Shown: one piece after another, positions 29,047-37,778 of the stretch
Layout: every line of letters starts with the position of its first letter
How positions within the stretch are numbered: the first letter of the stretch is position 1
The notes under the pieces: model-generated
Databases searched by the model: none
What the model saw: the letters and a program-made list of their open reading frames with translations, nothing else
What the model was told of the DNA's origin: nothing
Translations under genes and position numbers: made by a program
From: a virus
Lineage: Duplodnaviria; Caudoviricetes
Strand: one strand, 5' to 3'
IMG/VR virus record: IMGVR_UViG_2926471356_000005
Location: 1 to 64,000 of that record
DNA length: 64,000 bases

Positions 29047-29455
29047 AACTTACACCATCCCTTCTGCGGACTCTCATGTAGTTCTTATAGTCCAGGTTAT
29101 TCATCTTCGCTGCTCTATGCAAAGCCTGCTTCTTAGTTCCCAGTGTGCCGGGGATAGGCTCTTTACTGCCTACTTCATGCACATAATAACGGCTGCTGCC
29201 TTTCTGCTTTGATACGGTATATTTCAGAATCATCTTCTTCGCCTTTCTTTTCAGATTCTCTATAATGTAATCTGGTTCTAACTTGCATAAAACACTGAAC
29301 CAGTCAGAATAAAAGAACCGTTCCAGTTCTGTGATATTGCAGTTTTTTTTTGTCGGGGTAATAAACCCTGCTAATAAGCTGATATAATCATCTACAGCCT
29401 GTTTCACGATTGCGAATCTGAGATTTTCCAGTCCGATATCATTCAAATCTCCCAT
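29033..29455 (-). CDS. hypothetical phage protein
   Basis: AIVKQAVDDY...ERFFYSDWF pattern; coupled ORF. Confidence 0.55.
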   Translation of the reverse strand: MGDLNDIGLENLRFAIVKQAVDDYISLLAGFITPTKKNCNITELERFFYSDWFSVLCKLEPDYIIENLKRKAKKMILKYTVSKQKGSSRYYVHEVGSKEPIPGTLGTKKQALHRAAKMNNLDYKNYMRVRRRDGVSCDKD

Positions 29456-31581
29456 TACATCGACTTCCTTTCTGCAATCTCAGCCATCTTCGCAGCGTTC
29501 AGACGGGTATCACCGTGAACTCTGCTGTAGGACAGATAGCCGTTCATGCGGTCAATCTTCGTGAGGTTCTTGCTACCGCAGACCGGGCAAACATCCATCT
29601 CAAGTTCCTGATGTCCGCAGTCATCACAGTAAGCAAGGGAGAGATTCACACCCTCGTAGAAACCAAGTTGCATTGCTCTTCGAACCAGGGTCTTGACTGC
29701 TTTCCGATTGTAGGAAATAGGATAGCGAACGTACTGAATCTTGCCACCGTTGAACATATTCCAGAAACGTCCTTCAAGATTTTGCTTTTCAATAGGGGTT
29801 AAGTCCTCTGTTACATGACAATGGAAGGAATTACTCACATACGGGCGATCAGACACATTTTCTATAATGCCGTACTTCTTACGGAACTGCTCAATCTGCA
29901 AACCACACAAGCTTTCAGCCGGGGTTCCGTAGATTGCATACAGCCAACCGTCCTCATTCTTGAACTCCGTAACCTTCCGGTTGATATGCTGCATAACTTC
30001 CAGGGCAAACTCTCCGTCCTCTGCAATGGACTTGCCGTTGTAGAGCCGCTGCAACTCATTCAGTGCTGTGATACCGAAGGAAGCCGTCATGGGTTTCAGC
30101 AAGGGCTTGATTTTGTCAGACGGTTTGAGGTGTCCACCGTATACACCGCCCTCACAGTACATGATAGGATTGGTACTGGCTTTCATCTCACCTAGATATT
30201 CATAGGTACGCTTGTGAACCCCTCTAATCATTTCCAGGTAGTAGTCCAGGACTTCATAGAAGTCACGACTTTCGGCTCTGGCTTTTGCCAGAATCATAGG
30301 TAGGTGCAGAGAAACTGCACCGACATTGAAGCGTCCCACAAATACAGGCTTGTCATCTGCGTCCGCAGGCTTCATGCCGCCACGCTCAAACCACGGGGAG
30401 AGGAATGCACGGCAACCCATAGGGCTTATTACTCTACCGTACTTTTTGTACATCTCAGCCACATAGCCGTCACCTGTGAGGGATAGCCAGTCGGGATACA
30501 TGGTCTTGCTACTGCAATCAATACCTGCTTCAAACACATCCTCACTGAAACCGCCCTTACCGTGAAGATTTTCGTCATAGAGGAAAACCAGTTTCGGGAA
30601 CAGTACAGGTTTTTTGAATCCCGGCTTGCCCTCACCCTCCATGTGAACCTTGAAGAAAGTCTTACTTGCCATTTTGCCGAACACATCGGTAGCCAATCCG
30701 AAGGTCATAGTGATGAACGGATAATCGCCACGGGAAGAACCCACAGTGTTTAGCTTCATCTCAATACCCTGGAAGCCCTGTTCAAAATCGCGCTGCACTT
30801 TGCTCATAGCCCAGTCCTTTACGTCCTGGGAGAAGGTCTGTTGATTGCGGATTTCCATGTATTCAGCACAGTACTTCTTGTAGGACTTCTCTGCATATGG
30901 AGCCAGAATCTTGTCCACCTCTGGGACTGTGAAGCCACCGTACTGCTGTGACGCTGTAGCCAGGATAATATCTCCCAGAACGTCAAAAGCGGTATCAAGG
31001 GTTTTCGGCTCATTGTACCAGACATTGCCCATCTCAAAGCCGCCGCTCATAATAGAGGAAATGTCACACAGGCAGCAGTTCATAGTATCAAGGCGGGCTG
31101 ACTGGTCATGGATATAAATGTATCCGTCCTTGCAAGCCTGCAACTCATCATTGGTCATAAAGAACTTGCGGTACAGTCGCTTATTCAGTTCGTTGAAAAT
31201 CAGACATCTCTTCGTAGCAACTAAGGTGGAGTCCGTGTTTGCATTTTCCTTATCACCCAGAAAACGAATGGACTGAGATTTCTGATAGACCTCATCCATA
31301 ATGTGAACGAAATCTTTCTTGAAGTTTCGGTAATCCCTGTAAGATTTTGCAATCTTCGGGTTGACCTCATCAAGAACCTGCTCCACAATGTTGTGCATAT
31401 CCGCAACGTGAACCTGTTCCGGGAAACGCTCAGTAACAATAGCCATAACCTTAGATACAATTTCATGGTACTGTGTATCGTCCAATTCAATCATTGCACG
31501 GGCGGCAGACTTACTGACTGCATTGACGATCTTCTGACCGTCAAACTGCTCAATCGTACCGTCCTTCTTAATTACTTTCAT
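29455..31581 (-). CDS. nrdD: anaerobic ribonucleoside-triphosphate reductase
   Basis: ATP cone, NCCL, MGCR, TPAESL, CxxC...CPVCGS, RMNGY glycyl-radical loop. Confidence 0.95.
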   Translation of the reverse strand: MKVIKKDGTIEQFDGQKIVNAVSKSAARAMIELDDTQYHEIVSKVMAIVTERFPEQVHVADMHNIVEQVLDEVNPKIAKSYRDYRNFKKDFVHIMDEVYQKSQSIRFLGDKENANTDSTLVATKRCLIFNELNKRLYRKFFMTNDELQACKDGYIYIHDQSARLDTMNCCLCDISSIMSGGFEMGNVWYNEPKTLDTAFDVLGDIILATASQQYGGFTVPEVDKILAPYAEKSYKKYCAEYMEIRNQQTFSQDVKDWAMSKVQRDFEQGFQGIEMKLNTVGSSRGDYPFITMTFGLATDVFGKMASKTFFKVHMEGEGKPGFKKPVLFPKLVFLYDENLHGKGGFSEDVFEAGIDCSSKTMYPDWLSLTGDGYVAEMYKKYGRVISPMGCRAFLSPWFERGGMKPADADDKPVFVGRFNVGAVSLHLPMILAKARAESRDFYEVLDYYLEMIRGVHKRTYEYLGEMKASTNPIMYCEGGVYGGHLKPSDKIKPLLKPMTASFGITALNELQRLYNGKSIAEDGEFALEVMQHINRKVTEFKNEDGWLYAIYGTPAESLCGLQIEQFRKKYGIIENVSDRPYVSNSFHCHVTEDLTPIEKQNLEGRFWNMFNGGKIQYVRYPISYNRKAVKTLVRRAMQLGFYEGVNLSLAYCDDCGHQELEMDVCPVCGSKNLTKIDRMNGYLSYSRVHGDTRLNAAKMAEIAERKSM

Positions 31582-32077
31582 GGAGTATAACCCTCCCTTC
31601 CTTTAAGGACTTCGAAACATTGATAACTCTCTGGTTGGTAGAACCTGCCCAGTGATAACCCACGTCCTTTAATGCTTCTTCAAAACGTCCATCTACCAGA
31701 ACGTCAATGTAATTCAGAATCTCTCTGCCGTAAAAGTTCTCAGCCGTTACCTCTTCCCAGGTGTACCCTGTATAGAGCCAGATAGTTTTGTGCGGGAAGA
31801 ACTGTTTGATCTTTTTTACAAGCCATAAAATCTGACAACGATTGACGGGGTGCAGCGGGTCACCCCCAGAGAGGGTAAGACCGCTGATATAAGGCTTGCT
31901 CAATTCCGTGCAGATTTCGTGGAAAGCTGCTTTGTCAAACTCAACCCCGTCTGTGAAATCCCAGGTGATAGGGTTCTGACAGTTCTTACAGTGGTGTTCG
32001 CACCCTGCAACCCAGAGAACTACCCGTAACCCGTCACCGTTGTTCATATCATCGTGTGTGATATTGTGGAAGTTCAT
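31568..32077 (-). CDS. nrdG: anaerobic RNR activase
   Basis: GCEHHCKNCQNP, LSGGDP, DVLVDG, GSTNQR. Confidence 0.95.
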   Translation of the reverse strand: MNFHNITHDDMNNGDGLRVVLWVAGCEHHCKNCQNPITWDFTDGVEFDKAAFHEICTELSKPYISGLTLSGGDPLHPVNRCQILWLVKKIKQFFPHKTIWLYTGYTWEEVTAENFYGREILNYIDVLVDGRFEEALKDVGYHWAGSTNQRVINVSKSLKEGRVILHESN

Positions 32078-32412
32078 TAAATATCGCCTACCTTACGATG
32101 AAGAGAGTTCTCCACCGTAAAGCCCTCTGGGTAACGGACTTTCAGTTTGTCAATGTTCATCTGCATGACCGTATCAATGTCCGTACCCAGTGCGTCACAC
32201 GCTTCCGCAATCATCCAGAGACAATCTCCCAGTTCCTTTTCCATGTGTTCAAGGTTCACTTCATGCCCCTGGTACTTCTTCTGTAAGATACCTGCAACTT
32301 CTCCTGCTTCGCTGTTCAGACCGAACACTGCATGATACAGACGGTCAGCCTTACAATCGTATGGAATGCTGCAAGTTCTAATGGCTAATGCCTGGTATTC
32401 CTTGCCTGTCAT
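32077..32412 (-). CDS. MazG-like nucleotide pyrophosphohydrolase
   Basis: EAGEV...KELGDCLW...NIDKLKVRYP. Confidence 0.85.
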   Translation of the reverse strand: MTGKEYQALAIRTCSIPYDCKADRLYHAVFGLNSEAGEVAGILQKKYQGHEVNLEHMEKELGDCLWMIAEACDALGTDIDTVMQMNIDKLKVRYPEGFTVENSLHRKVGDI

Positions 32413-32428
32413 ATCAATCTACCTCTTT

Positions 32429-32560
32429 CTATTCTTCCTTACTTTTAGGGGTATCGCTCATTGAGTCATGTGCTGCAAGAATTGCTATCGCCGCAAGCAG
32501 TACTGCACCACCAATGACTCCAATGATGAAAGCCAGAATTGCAATCAATACTGTTACCAT
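32429..32560 (-). CDS. small membrane protein (43 aa, not in ORF track)
   Basis: MVTVLIAILAFIIGVIGGAVLLAAIAILAA...; AAGGAGG RBS. Confidence 0.55.
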   Translation of the reverse strand: MVTVLIAILAFIIGVIGGAVLLAAIAILAAHDSMSDTPKSKEE

Positions 32561-32574
32561 GACTGGAATCCTCC

Positions 32575-32766
32575 TTAGAACTCATCGAAATGTTTCTTGA
32601 TACTCTTGTGGGTCTTATGAATTACCACCAACTGTGCCACTACGATAACAACGTAGAGAACACCTGCCAGAATCTCCGGGAGCAGGCATACCCACCATGC
32701 CCAGGTGATAACTCCCAGTAACTTTAAGACGATGAAAATAATCGTCAGAATCTCAGTAAATCCCAT
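32575..32766 (-). CDS. small membrane protein
   Basis: LTIIFIVLKLLGVITWAWWVCLLP. Confidence 0.65.
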   Translation of the reverse strand: MGFTEILTIIFIVLKLLGVITWAWWVCLLPEILAGVLYVVIVVAQLVVIHKTHKSIKKHFDEF

Positions 32767-33772
32767 TATTTTGTCCTCTCTTTCTCTTCGTTCTTCCGTT
32801 TCTGAACGTATTCTCTGAACATTCTGGTATATTCGTAACTGTCTTTGAATACATGAGAAACGGCTTTGAGCATTTTAGGTTCATGCTCTTCGATTATGCT
32901 CAATTCATCCAGTAATTTTCGATTGAACGGACAACCTACACACCCCGTTCGGGTCATACCGTACTTTGTATAGCAATCGCTGTGCTGAATGCCGAAAAGT
33001 TCATCATAGTAAACTTCGTCTTTATCGCTATACCAAAATAACGGTCTGTACTGGTCGCATTCATCTTCTCTTGCTGTAAAGCAGGTTTTGTAGCTTGCAG
33101 ACCTTATACCTTTTTCAGCTTTTCTGACTCCAATAATCATAAGGTCTATGTAGTTGTCCTTTATAAATTGAGCAGAAACTTCTTTCTTAGCATAAGTGCA
33201 GCACTTACTTGAAATTTTGAACCACGGGGGATTCTCAATCATAAATTCTTTCAGATACTTATGATAGTTAATGTTGAACATTGAGGTTTTGAAACCCGGT
33301 TTGTTTCTGCCATTACACCACCAATTTATTGCTCCCTGTGCTTTTGGGTATTCAGCCAATAGCTGCTCTACGGGTTTATCCTCCCATGTGAAGCCATGGC
33401 GTTGTAGCCGGGAAATCATATCTGATACAAACTTTGATAAGAAAGGTTGCCCGTATTCACTACACGAAAGAGGGATAGGCTTGATTGCTTTGATTCTTTC
33501 GATTTCAATATGATATTTCTCTTCAAGGTATTTCAGATGGTCTTTGGTTGCCTGGTACTCTAACCCAGTGTCGAACCAGATATATCTAACCTTTCGGTCT
33601 TTATCAATCTTTGAAATCAAATCAAGCATTATATCACTATCCTTCCCCCCCCCGATATAGAGCAAGCTATGCTGTCATAACGGGAAAGAACGGAATGTGC
33701 TTTTGCTACAGAATCAAAGATTGCAAAATTGCCATCTGCCTTTTCTAAAAGTTTCTGTACTTCCAAGTCCAC
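32766..33772 (-). pseudogene. PAPS-reductase-family (PP-loop) protein frameshifted at a G9 tract
   Basis: Upstream frame ...IACSISG, downstream GKDS..DTGLE..CC..GVRKAE..RTGCVGCP; +2 offset at 33645-33653. Confidence 0.75.
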
Positions 33773-33788
33773 GCCGTTTTCTTCCTCC

Positions 33789-34337
33789 TTAAATTTTGAA
33801 AATTCGTGCCGCCATCATGTCAGCGGTATGAGTCCACAGGACGTTCGGGTATTTCTCAATGGACTTTCCGTACTTATCCCAATTCTCTTTGTCATCAAAG
33901 GCTCCCATGTGCCAACGGATACAAGCCATTTCCTCATCTGTGAGATCAACAATCTTCTGTGCCAGAATCACGGACTTGTCACCGTGTCCTGGCAAAAGAA
34001 TGTTGGGGTTGTAGCTGTATGTTCCATCCGGGTTGTGAATGTACGAATCACACTTACAGAGGTCATGGAGCATACCCACAATGTAGGGGCTTGCCTTGCG
34101 CTTCCAGTTCAGCCCCATTCGCTTTGTCAGAGAAAGCAGAGAAGAGGTTACTGTAAAGCTATGGTCAAACAGCCCGCCCTCATAGTTCCCGTGGTACTTC
34201 GTAGAAGCAGGAGCCGTAAAGAACCCCGCAGCCATCAACTGATTTTTCAGAAAGAAAACATCCGTACTGGACATTCCACCGCTCATCAGCTTCTCAAAAG
34301 CCTTGACACGCTTATCTCGTTCACTCATATTCTTCAA
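33789..34337 (-). CDS. HD-domain phosphohydrolase
   Basis: APASTKYHG..GGLFDHS, LHDLCK, WHMG, TAD. Confidence 0.85.
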   Translation of the reverse strand: MKNMSERDKRVKAFEKLMSGGMSSTDVFFLKNQLMAAGFFTAPASTKYHGNYEGGLFDHSFTVTSSLLSLTKRMGLNWKRKASPYIVGMLHDLCKCDSYIHNPDGTYSYNPNILLPGHGDKSVILAQKIVDLTDEEMACIRWHMGAFDDKENWDKYGKSIEKYPNVLWTHTADMMAARIFKI

Positions 34338-34415
34338 TCCTTTCGTTTAACTTTATTAAATATAAACCATTGGAGAGTTCAAAGCTACACTTCTCCCTCT
34401 CCGCAGGTCATTTGA

Positions 34416-34913
34416 TTAACCCAGAATCCTATCCAGGTCGAACTTCTTACCGCTTGCCTTTTCAGCAGGTGCAGCAGCCGGGGCAGTAGCCGCAGGCTTG
34501 CTTTCCTTCTTCGATGCAGGGGCTTCCGCTTCGTCAAAACCATCCGCAGGCTCCTTATCGCCCAGACGAACGAACTTGAGCATTTTACCCGGAGTCTTGT
34601 TAGACTCAACCTCTTCGTGGTCTACCTCACAGCGGATATAGTGACCGACAAGTTCCTCATGGTCAATTTCCGTCAGAGTGTAGTCATTCAATGCAGTCTT
34701 TGCGAAGTAACTGAAAGCGTTCAGACCTCCCTGGTTCGGCTCACCGTCTGCATTCAGCAGAGAGAAGCGTTCTGTGTGCTTCTGACCCGAAACAAGCTGC
34801 ATAACAATCTCCATCTTGCCGAAGTCCTCTTTGTACTTGACCTCAACAATCTTAAAAACGTGGGTTCCCTTCGGAATAAGCGTGAACCCCTCACTCAGTC
34901 CAATCTTTGCCAT
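34416..34913 (-). CDS. putative ssDNA-binding protein (DUF669-like)
   Basis: FTLIPKGTHVFKIVEV; in recombination module. Confidence 0.55.
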   Translation of the reverse strand: MAKIGLSEGFTLIPKGTHVFKIVEVKYKEDFGKMEIVMQLVSGQKHTERFSLLNADGEPNQGGLNAFSYFAKTALNDYTLTEIDHEELVGHYIRCEVDHEEVESNKTPGKMLKFVRLGDKEPADGFDEAEAPASKKESKPAATAPAAAPAEKASGKKFDLDRILG

Positions 34914-34927
34914 TTTAAGTATCCTCC

Positions 34928-35170
34928 TTATAAGGTGTTTAATATATCCAGAGATTTCTTCTTGAGAGAATCAATACTCTGAGTACCAGGTGTATAAATC
35001 TGCTTGAACAGGTGTTCCAGAACTGTAACCACGATGGAGTTTCCTGCCATCTTGTAAATCTGTGTTTTGGAGATACCATTCATTGCAAGCAGTTCATAGG
35101 GAATACCCAGATTATCCAGTGCTTTCTCAAACGCTCCAATTCCGCTAAAAAGACTGAGGTATCTTATCAT
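34928..35170 (-). pseudogene. C5 cytosine methyltransferase with in-frame internal deletion
   Basis: Motif I (LSLFSGIGA) fused to motif X (QIYKMAGNSI); no PC catalytic motif. Confidence 0.8.
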
Positions 35171-36219
35171 GCGGACTCCTTTCTGGCTTTCGGAGTAAAG
35201 CGGTACTGCGGTTCGGGTGTGCCATGATACTTCTCAATATCAATGCCGTCCTCCTGCATTTTCACCATATCGTAGCCAGGGTCTTTCATGGTCTTAGAGG
35301 TAACCCAGTCGAAGGAAGCACCGCTGATAGTAACGGTCTTATCGCCCTCCTTGAACTGGCTGATAGCTTCCTTCTTGAGTATATCGGTAATCGTCTTATA
35401 CCTCTTCTCATCGTCAGCTACAGTACCCTTGACCTCATCAATGTGTTTCTTCAACTGCTCTGCTTCGGCAACCAGAGCAGCAATGTCAGTGTCCGGGGAC
35501 AGGTTGTTATCACGCAGGACTTTCAGAATGTCTGCGTCCGCTTTCTCATCGAACTTCGGAGAAACACCGCTCTCAACATGAGTTTTCCACCACTTCTCAA
35601 CCTTCTTGACGGTCTTTTTCAGTTCGGGATAACGCTCAGACAGCTTGAAAGGACGAACGATGGTGTTTTCAGTGCTACACTGATATGCGTCCGGGTTCTC
35701 ATAGTCCTTGTCACCCAGGAAGCTACACACCATAATCACGTCATCTACACCCAGAAGGTACGCATAGAGCGCAGCCTGCAAAGCGTAGTACTCCGGAATA
35801 TCCTCAACCCAATCCTCAGACCTCTTCGTGGTTTTCATCTCAAGAACCGTAGTAGGCTTGCCGTCCTTGTCAACCAGAAGATAGTCCCACATACCACCGA
35901 AGATAGGACTCTCTTTGAAGAAGTCACCCCAGGTTTTCTGGAAGTAGTCAGCCCCGTACACATCCGTAGGTGTGATGAGGTTGGTCATGAAATAAGACTT
36001 CTTCATAAACTCAGCCTGCTTCGGCTCAATCGTCTTACCTGCAACGGTATAGATTGTGTCCTCAAACGGCTCTTCGTAGGTTCTGGTGATTGCACACCAG
36101 GCATTGAACGGGGTTGTCCACTTGTTCAGCCCCATAATCGCCGCAAAGCGTGTACCCGTAATTTTCTTAGGACGCTTCGGCGGGGTGATAGTAATGGTCT
36201 TATCATCATTCCACTTCAT
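35167..36219 (-). CDS. YqaJ-like exonuclease
   Basis: ITGTRFAAIMGLNKW, WDY...EMKT, YYALQ. Confidence 0.85.
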   Translation of the reverse strand: MKWNDDKTITITPPKRPKKITGTRFAAIMGLNKWTTPFNAWCAITRTYEEPFEDTIYTVAGKTIEPKQAEFMKKSYFMTNLITPTDVYGADYFQKTWGDFFKESPIFGGMWDYLLVDKDGKPTTVLEMKTTKRSEDWVEDIPEYYALQAALYAYLLGVDDVIMVCSFLGDKDYENPDAYQCSTENTIVRPFKLSERYPELKKTVKKVEKWWKTHVESGVSPKFDEKADADILKVLRDNNLSPDTDIAALVAEAEQLKKHIDEVKGTVADDEKRYKTITDILKKEAISQFKEGDKTVTISGASFDWVTSKTMKDPGYDMVKMQEDGIDIEKYHGTPEPQYRFTPKARKESA

Positions 36220-36784
36220 TTTTCTTACCTCCTATGAACAGAAATCGTGTATCCACTTTCACGGACAACGCCGTGGTCACAGGGTTTTCATCGGCTTTTA
36301 CCAGGTCACTCAAGTCAAACCCAAGGCTCTTGAGATATTCCATTGCCAGTTTTGCATTCTTCATATTGCTTACATTGGCAATCACATTCCTGTAGTTATC
36401 GGTAATACCCTTAATCATTTCATTCTTTCGGGCTTTGATACCCTTTCTGATTTCCGTTCTTCCGTCCTCAAACTCTTTAAGCAAACAGGAACGGATTTCA
36501 GCTTGAGAACTCATATTTGCCAGTTTATAAGAGATAGAACCGTAGTAACCACAGAGGGTATCAACCCCCGGATATTCCGCTTTCACCTTCTCTTTGAAGG
36601 ATTCAGTCAGACTGTAAGCCTGCTGCATAAGAGCAGCAATACTGGTTGCCGTATCTTCCAGACCGATTCTCCCATTTCTCTCTGCATAGTAAGTGTTGAG
36701 AGCCTTTTCACTCTGGGTTTCTACTTCGGCTAATGCCTTTTCGCTCTGCGACTCCAACCACTTAATGATTTGTCGTTTTGTCAT
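36206..36784 (-). CDS. hypothetical protein
   Basis: Coupled ORF with GGAGG RBS. Confidence 0.6.
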   Translation of the reverse strand: MTKRQIIKWLESQSEKALAEVETQSEKALNTYYAERNGRIGLEDTATSIAALMQQAYSLTESFKEKVKAEYPGVDTLCGYYGSISYKLANMSSQAEIRSCLLKEFEDGRTEIRKGIKARKNEMIKGITDNYRNVIANVSNMKNAKLAMEYLKSLGFDLSDLVKADENPVTTALSVKVDTRFLFIGGKKNEVE

Positions 36785-37001
36785 TCTTTGCTTCCTCCAA
36801 CTCAACGGCTTTGTTCAGATACCAGATTGCTTTCTGCAAATCTTCCATACCGTTTTTCTTCTTGTGCCTATACACGTACTTGAGAGCGTTGCACACGCAA
36901 AAGTTCTGCGTGGCTTCTACTCCCTGGGTTTCCACCATAACGTCAATGCACTCAAACTTCCCGGTTTCGTAATGAGCGGGATGGTTTACATTGTCAGCCA
37001 T
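36762..37001 (-). CDS. DUF3310 protein
   Basis: DNVNHPAHY..ECID..NALKYVYR..K..EDLQKAIWYL. Confidence 0.85.
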   Translation of the reverse strand: MADNVNHPAHYETGKFECIDVMVETQGVEATQNFCVCNALKYVYRHKKKNGMEDLQKAIWYLNKAVELEEAKNDKTTNH

Positions 37002-37014
37002 GACTCAGCCCTCC

Positions 37015-37764
37015 TTACTCACCGTAGGCGGCAATCATCTCACCAAGGTTCTGAATAAGCTGCTCACACGCTGCACGGGTGACATGGGTGAAGCCATTGG
37101 TTTTCATGGCAATCTGCTGAACAAACTCTTCCTGGTCGGAATCCTTGTCCATCAGAGTCTTGCAGGCTTCTTTGAGTGCCTTAATCTGCAACTCATCAGC
37201 CTGTCCATCAGTACCCGTCATTTCCTTCTTAGCTTCCTCACGCTCCTTCGGAGTAGCAGGTGCAGCAGACTTCTTTTTCTTCTCCTTCTTAGCCGTTTCC
37301 GGGTTCGGAGCAGGAATCTCTTCTTCCTCTACCTGGTCATCAGAACCAAGGTTTGCGTCAATGTCATCGGGTTCAGTAATATCCAGAACTGCCATCCAGA
37401 GGTAACGGCGCAGGTAGGTAATGGAAGAGCCAAGAGCTTGCATAGGGTTGGTGACTTCCTTGCCCTGGTTACTGATAATGGGCTTGACCTCACGATAGGG
37501 AACGGTGAAGGTCATCGGGGCTTCCTCAATGTTGTCAGCGTTGAACACGCTCATAACAGCCTTGTCATCGGTGAACTCAATATTGGTGGTCAGACCGACA
37601 CGGGCGAAGATACGGATTGCCGGGGGAACAATATCCTCTAACTCAAAATACTTGAACTCAAGGTGCATATTCTTACCCGACTTCTGTACCTTCTGGTTCA
37701 GAAAGTACAGTCTTGCTTTCGCCAACTTCTGGCGCACGTTCATTGCTTCATAAATATTAGCCAT
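37015..37764 (-). CDS. ERF-family ssDNA annealing protein
   Basis: KSGKN..KYFELEDI; QALGSSITYLRRY. Confidence 0.85.
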   Translation of the reverse strand: MANIYEAMNVRQKLAKARLYFLNQKVQKSGKNMHLEFKYFELEDIVPPAIRIFARVGLTTNIEFTDDKAVMSVFNADNIEEAPMTFTVPYREVKPIISNQGKEVTNPMQALGSSITYLRRYLWMAVLDITEPDDIDANLGSDDQVEEEEIPAPNPETAKKEKKKKSAAPATPKEREEAKKEMTGTDGQADELQIKALKEACKTLMDKDSDQEEFVQQIAMKTNGFTHVTRAACEQLIQNLGEMIAAYGE

Positions 37765-37778
37765 TGCTAATGTCCTCC

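Noticed and set aside
27430-29355. Poly-T tracts near 27440 and 29343 as phase-variation sites
   Set aside because: Both ORFs read through them as Lys codons; no clear frameshift.
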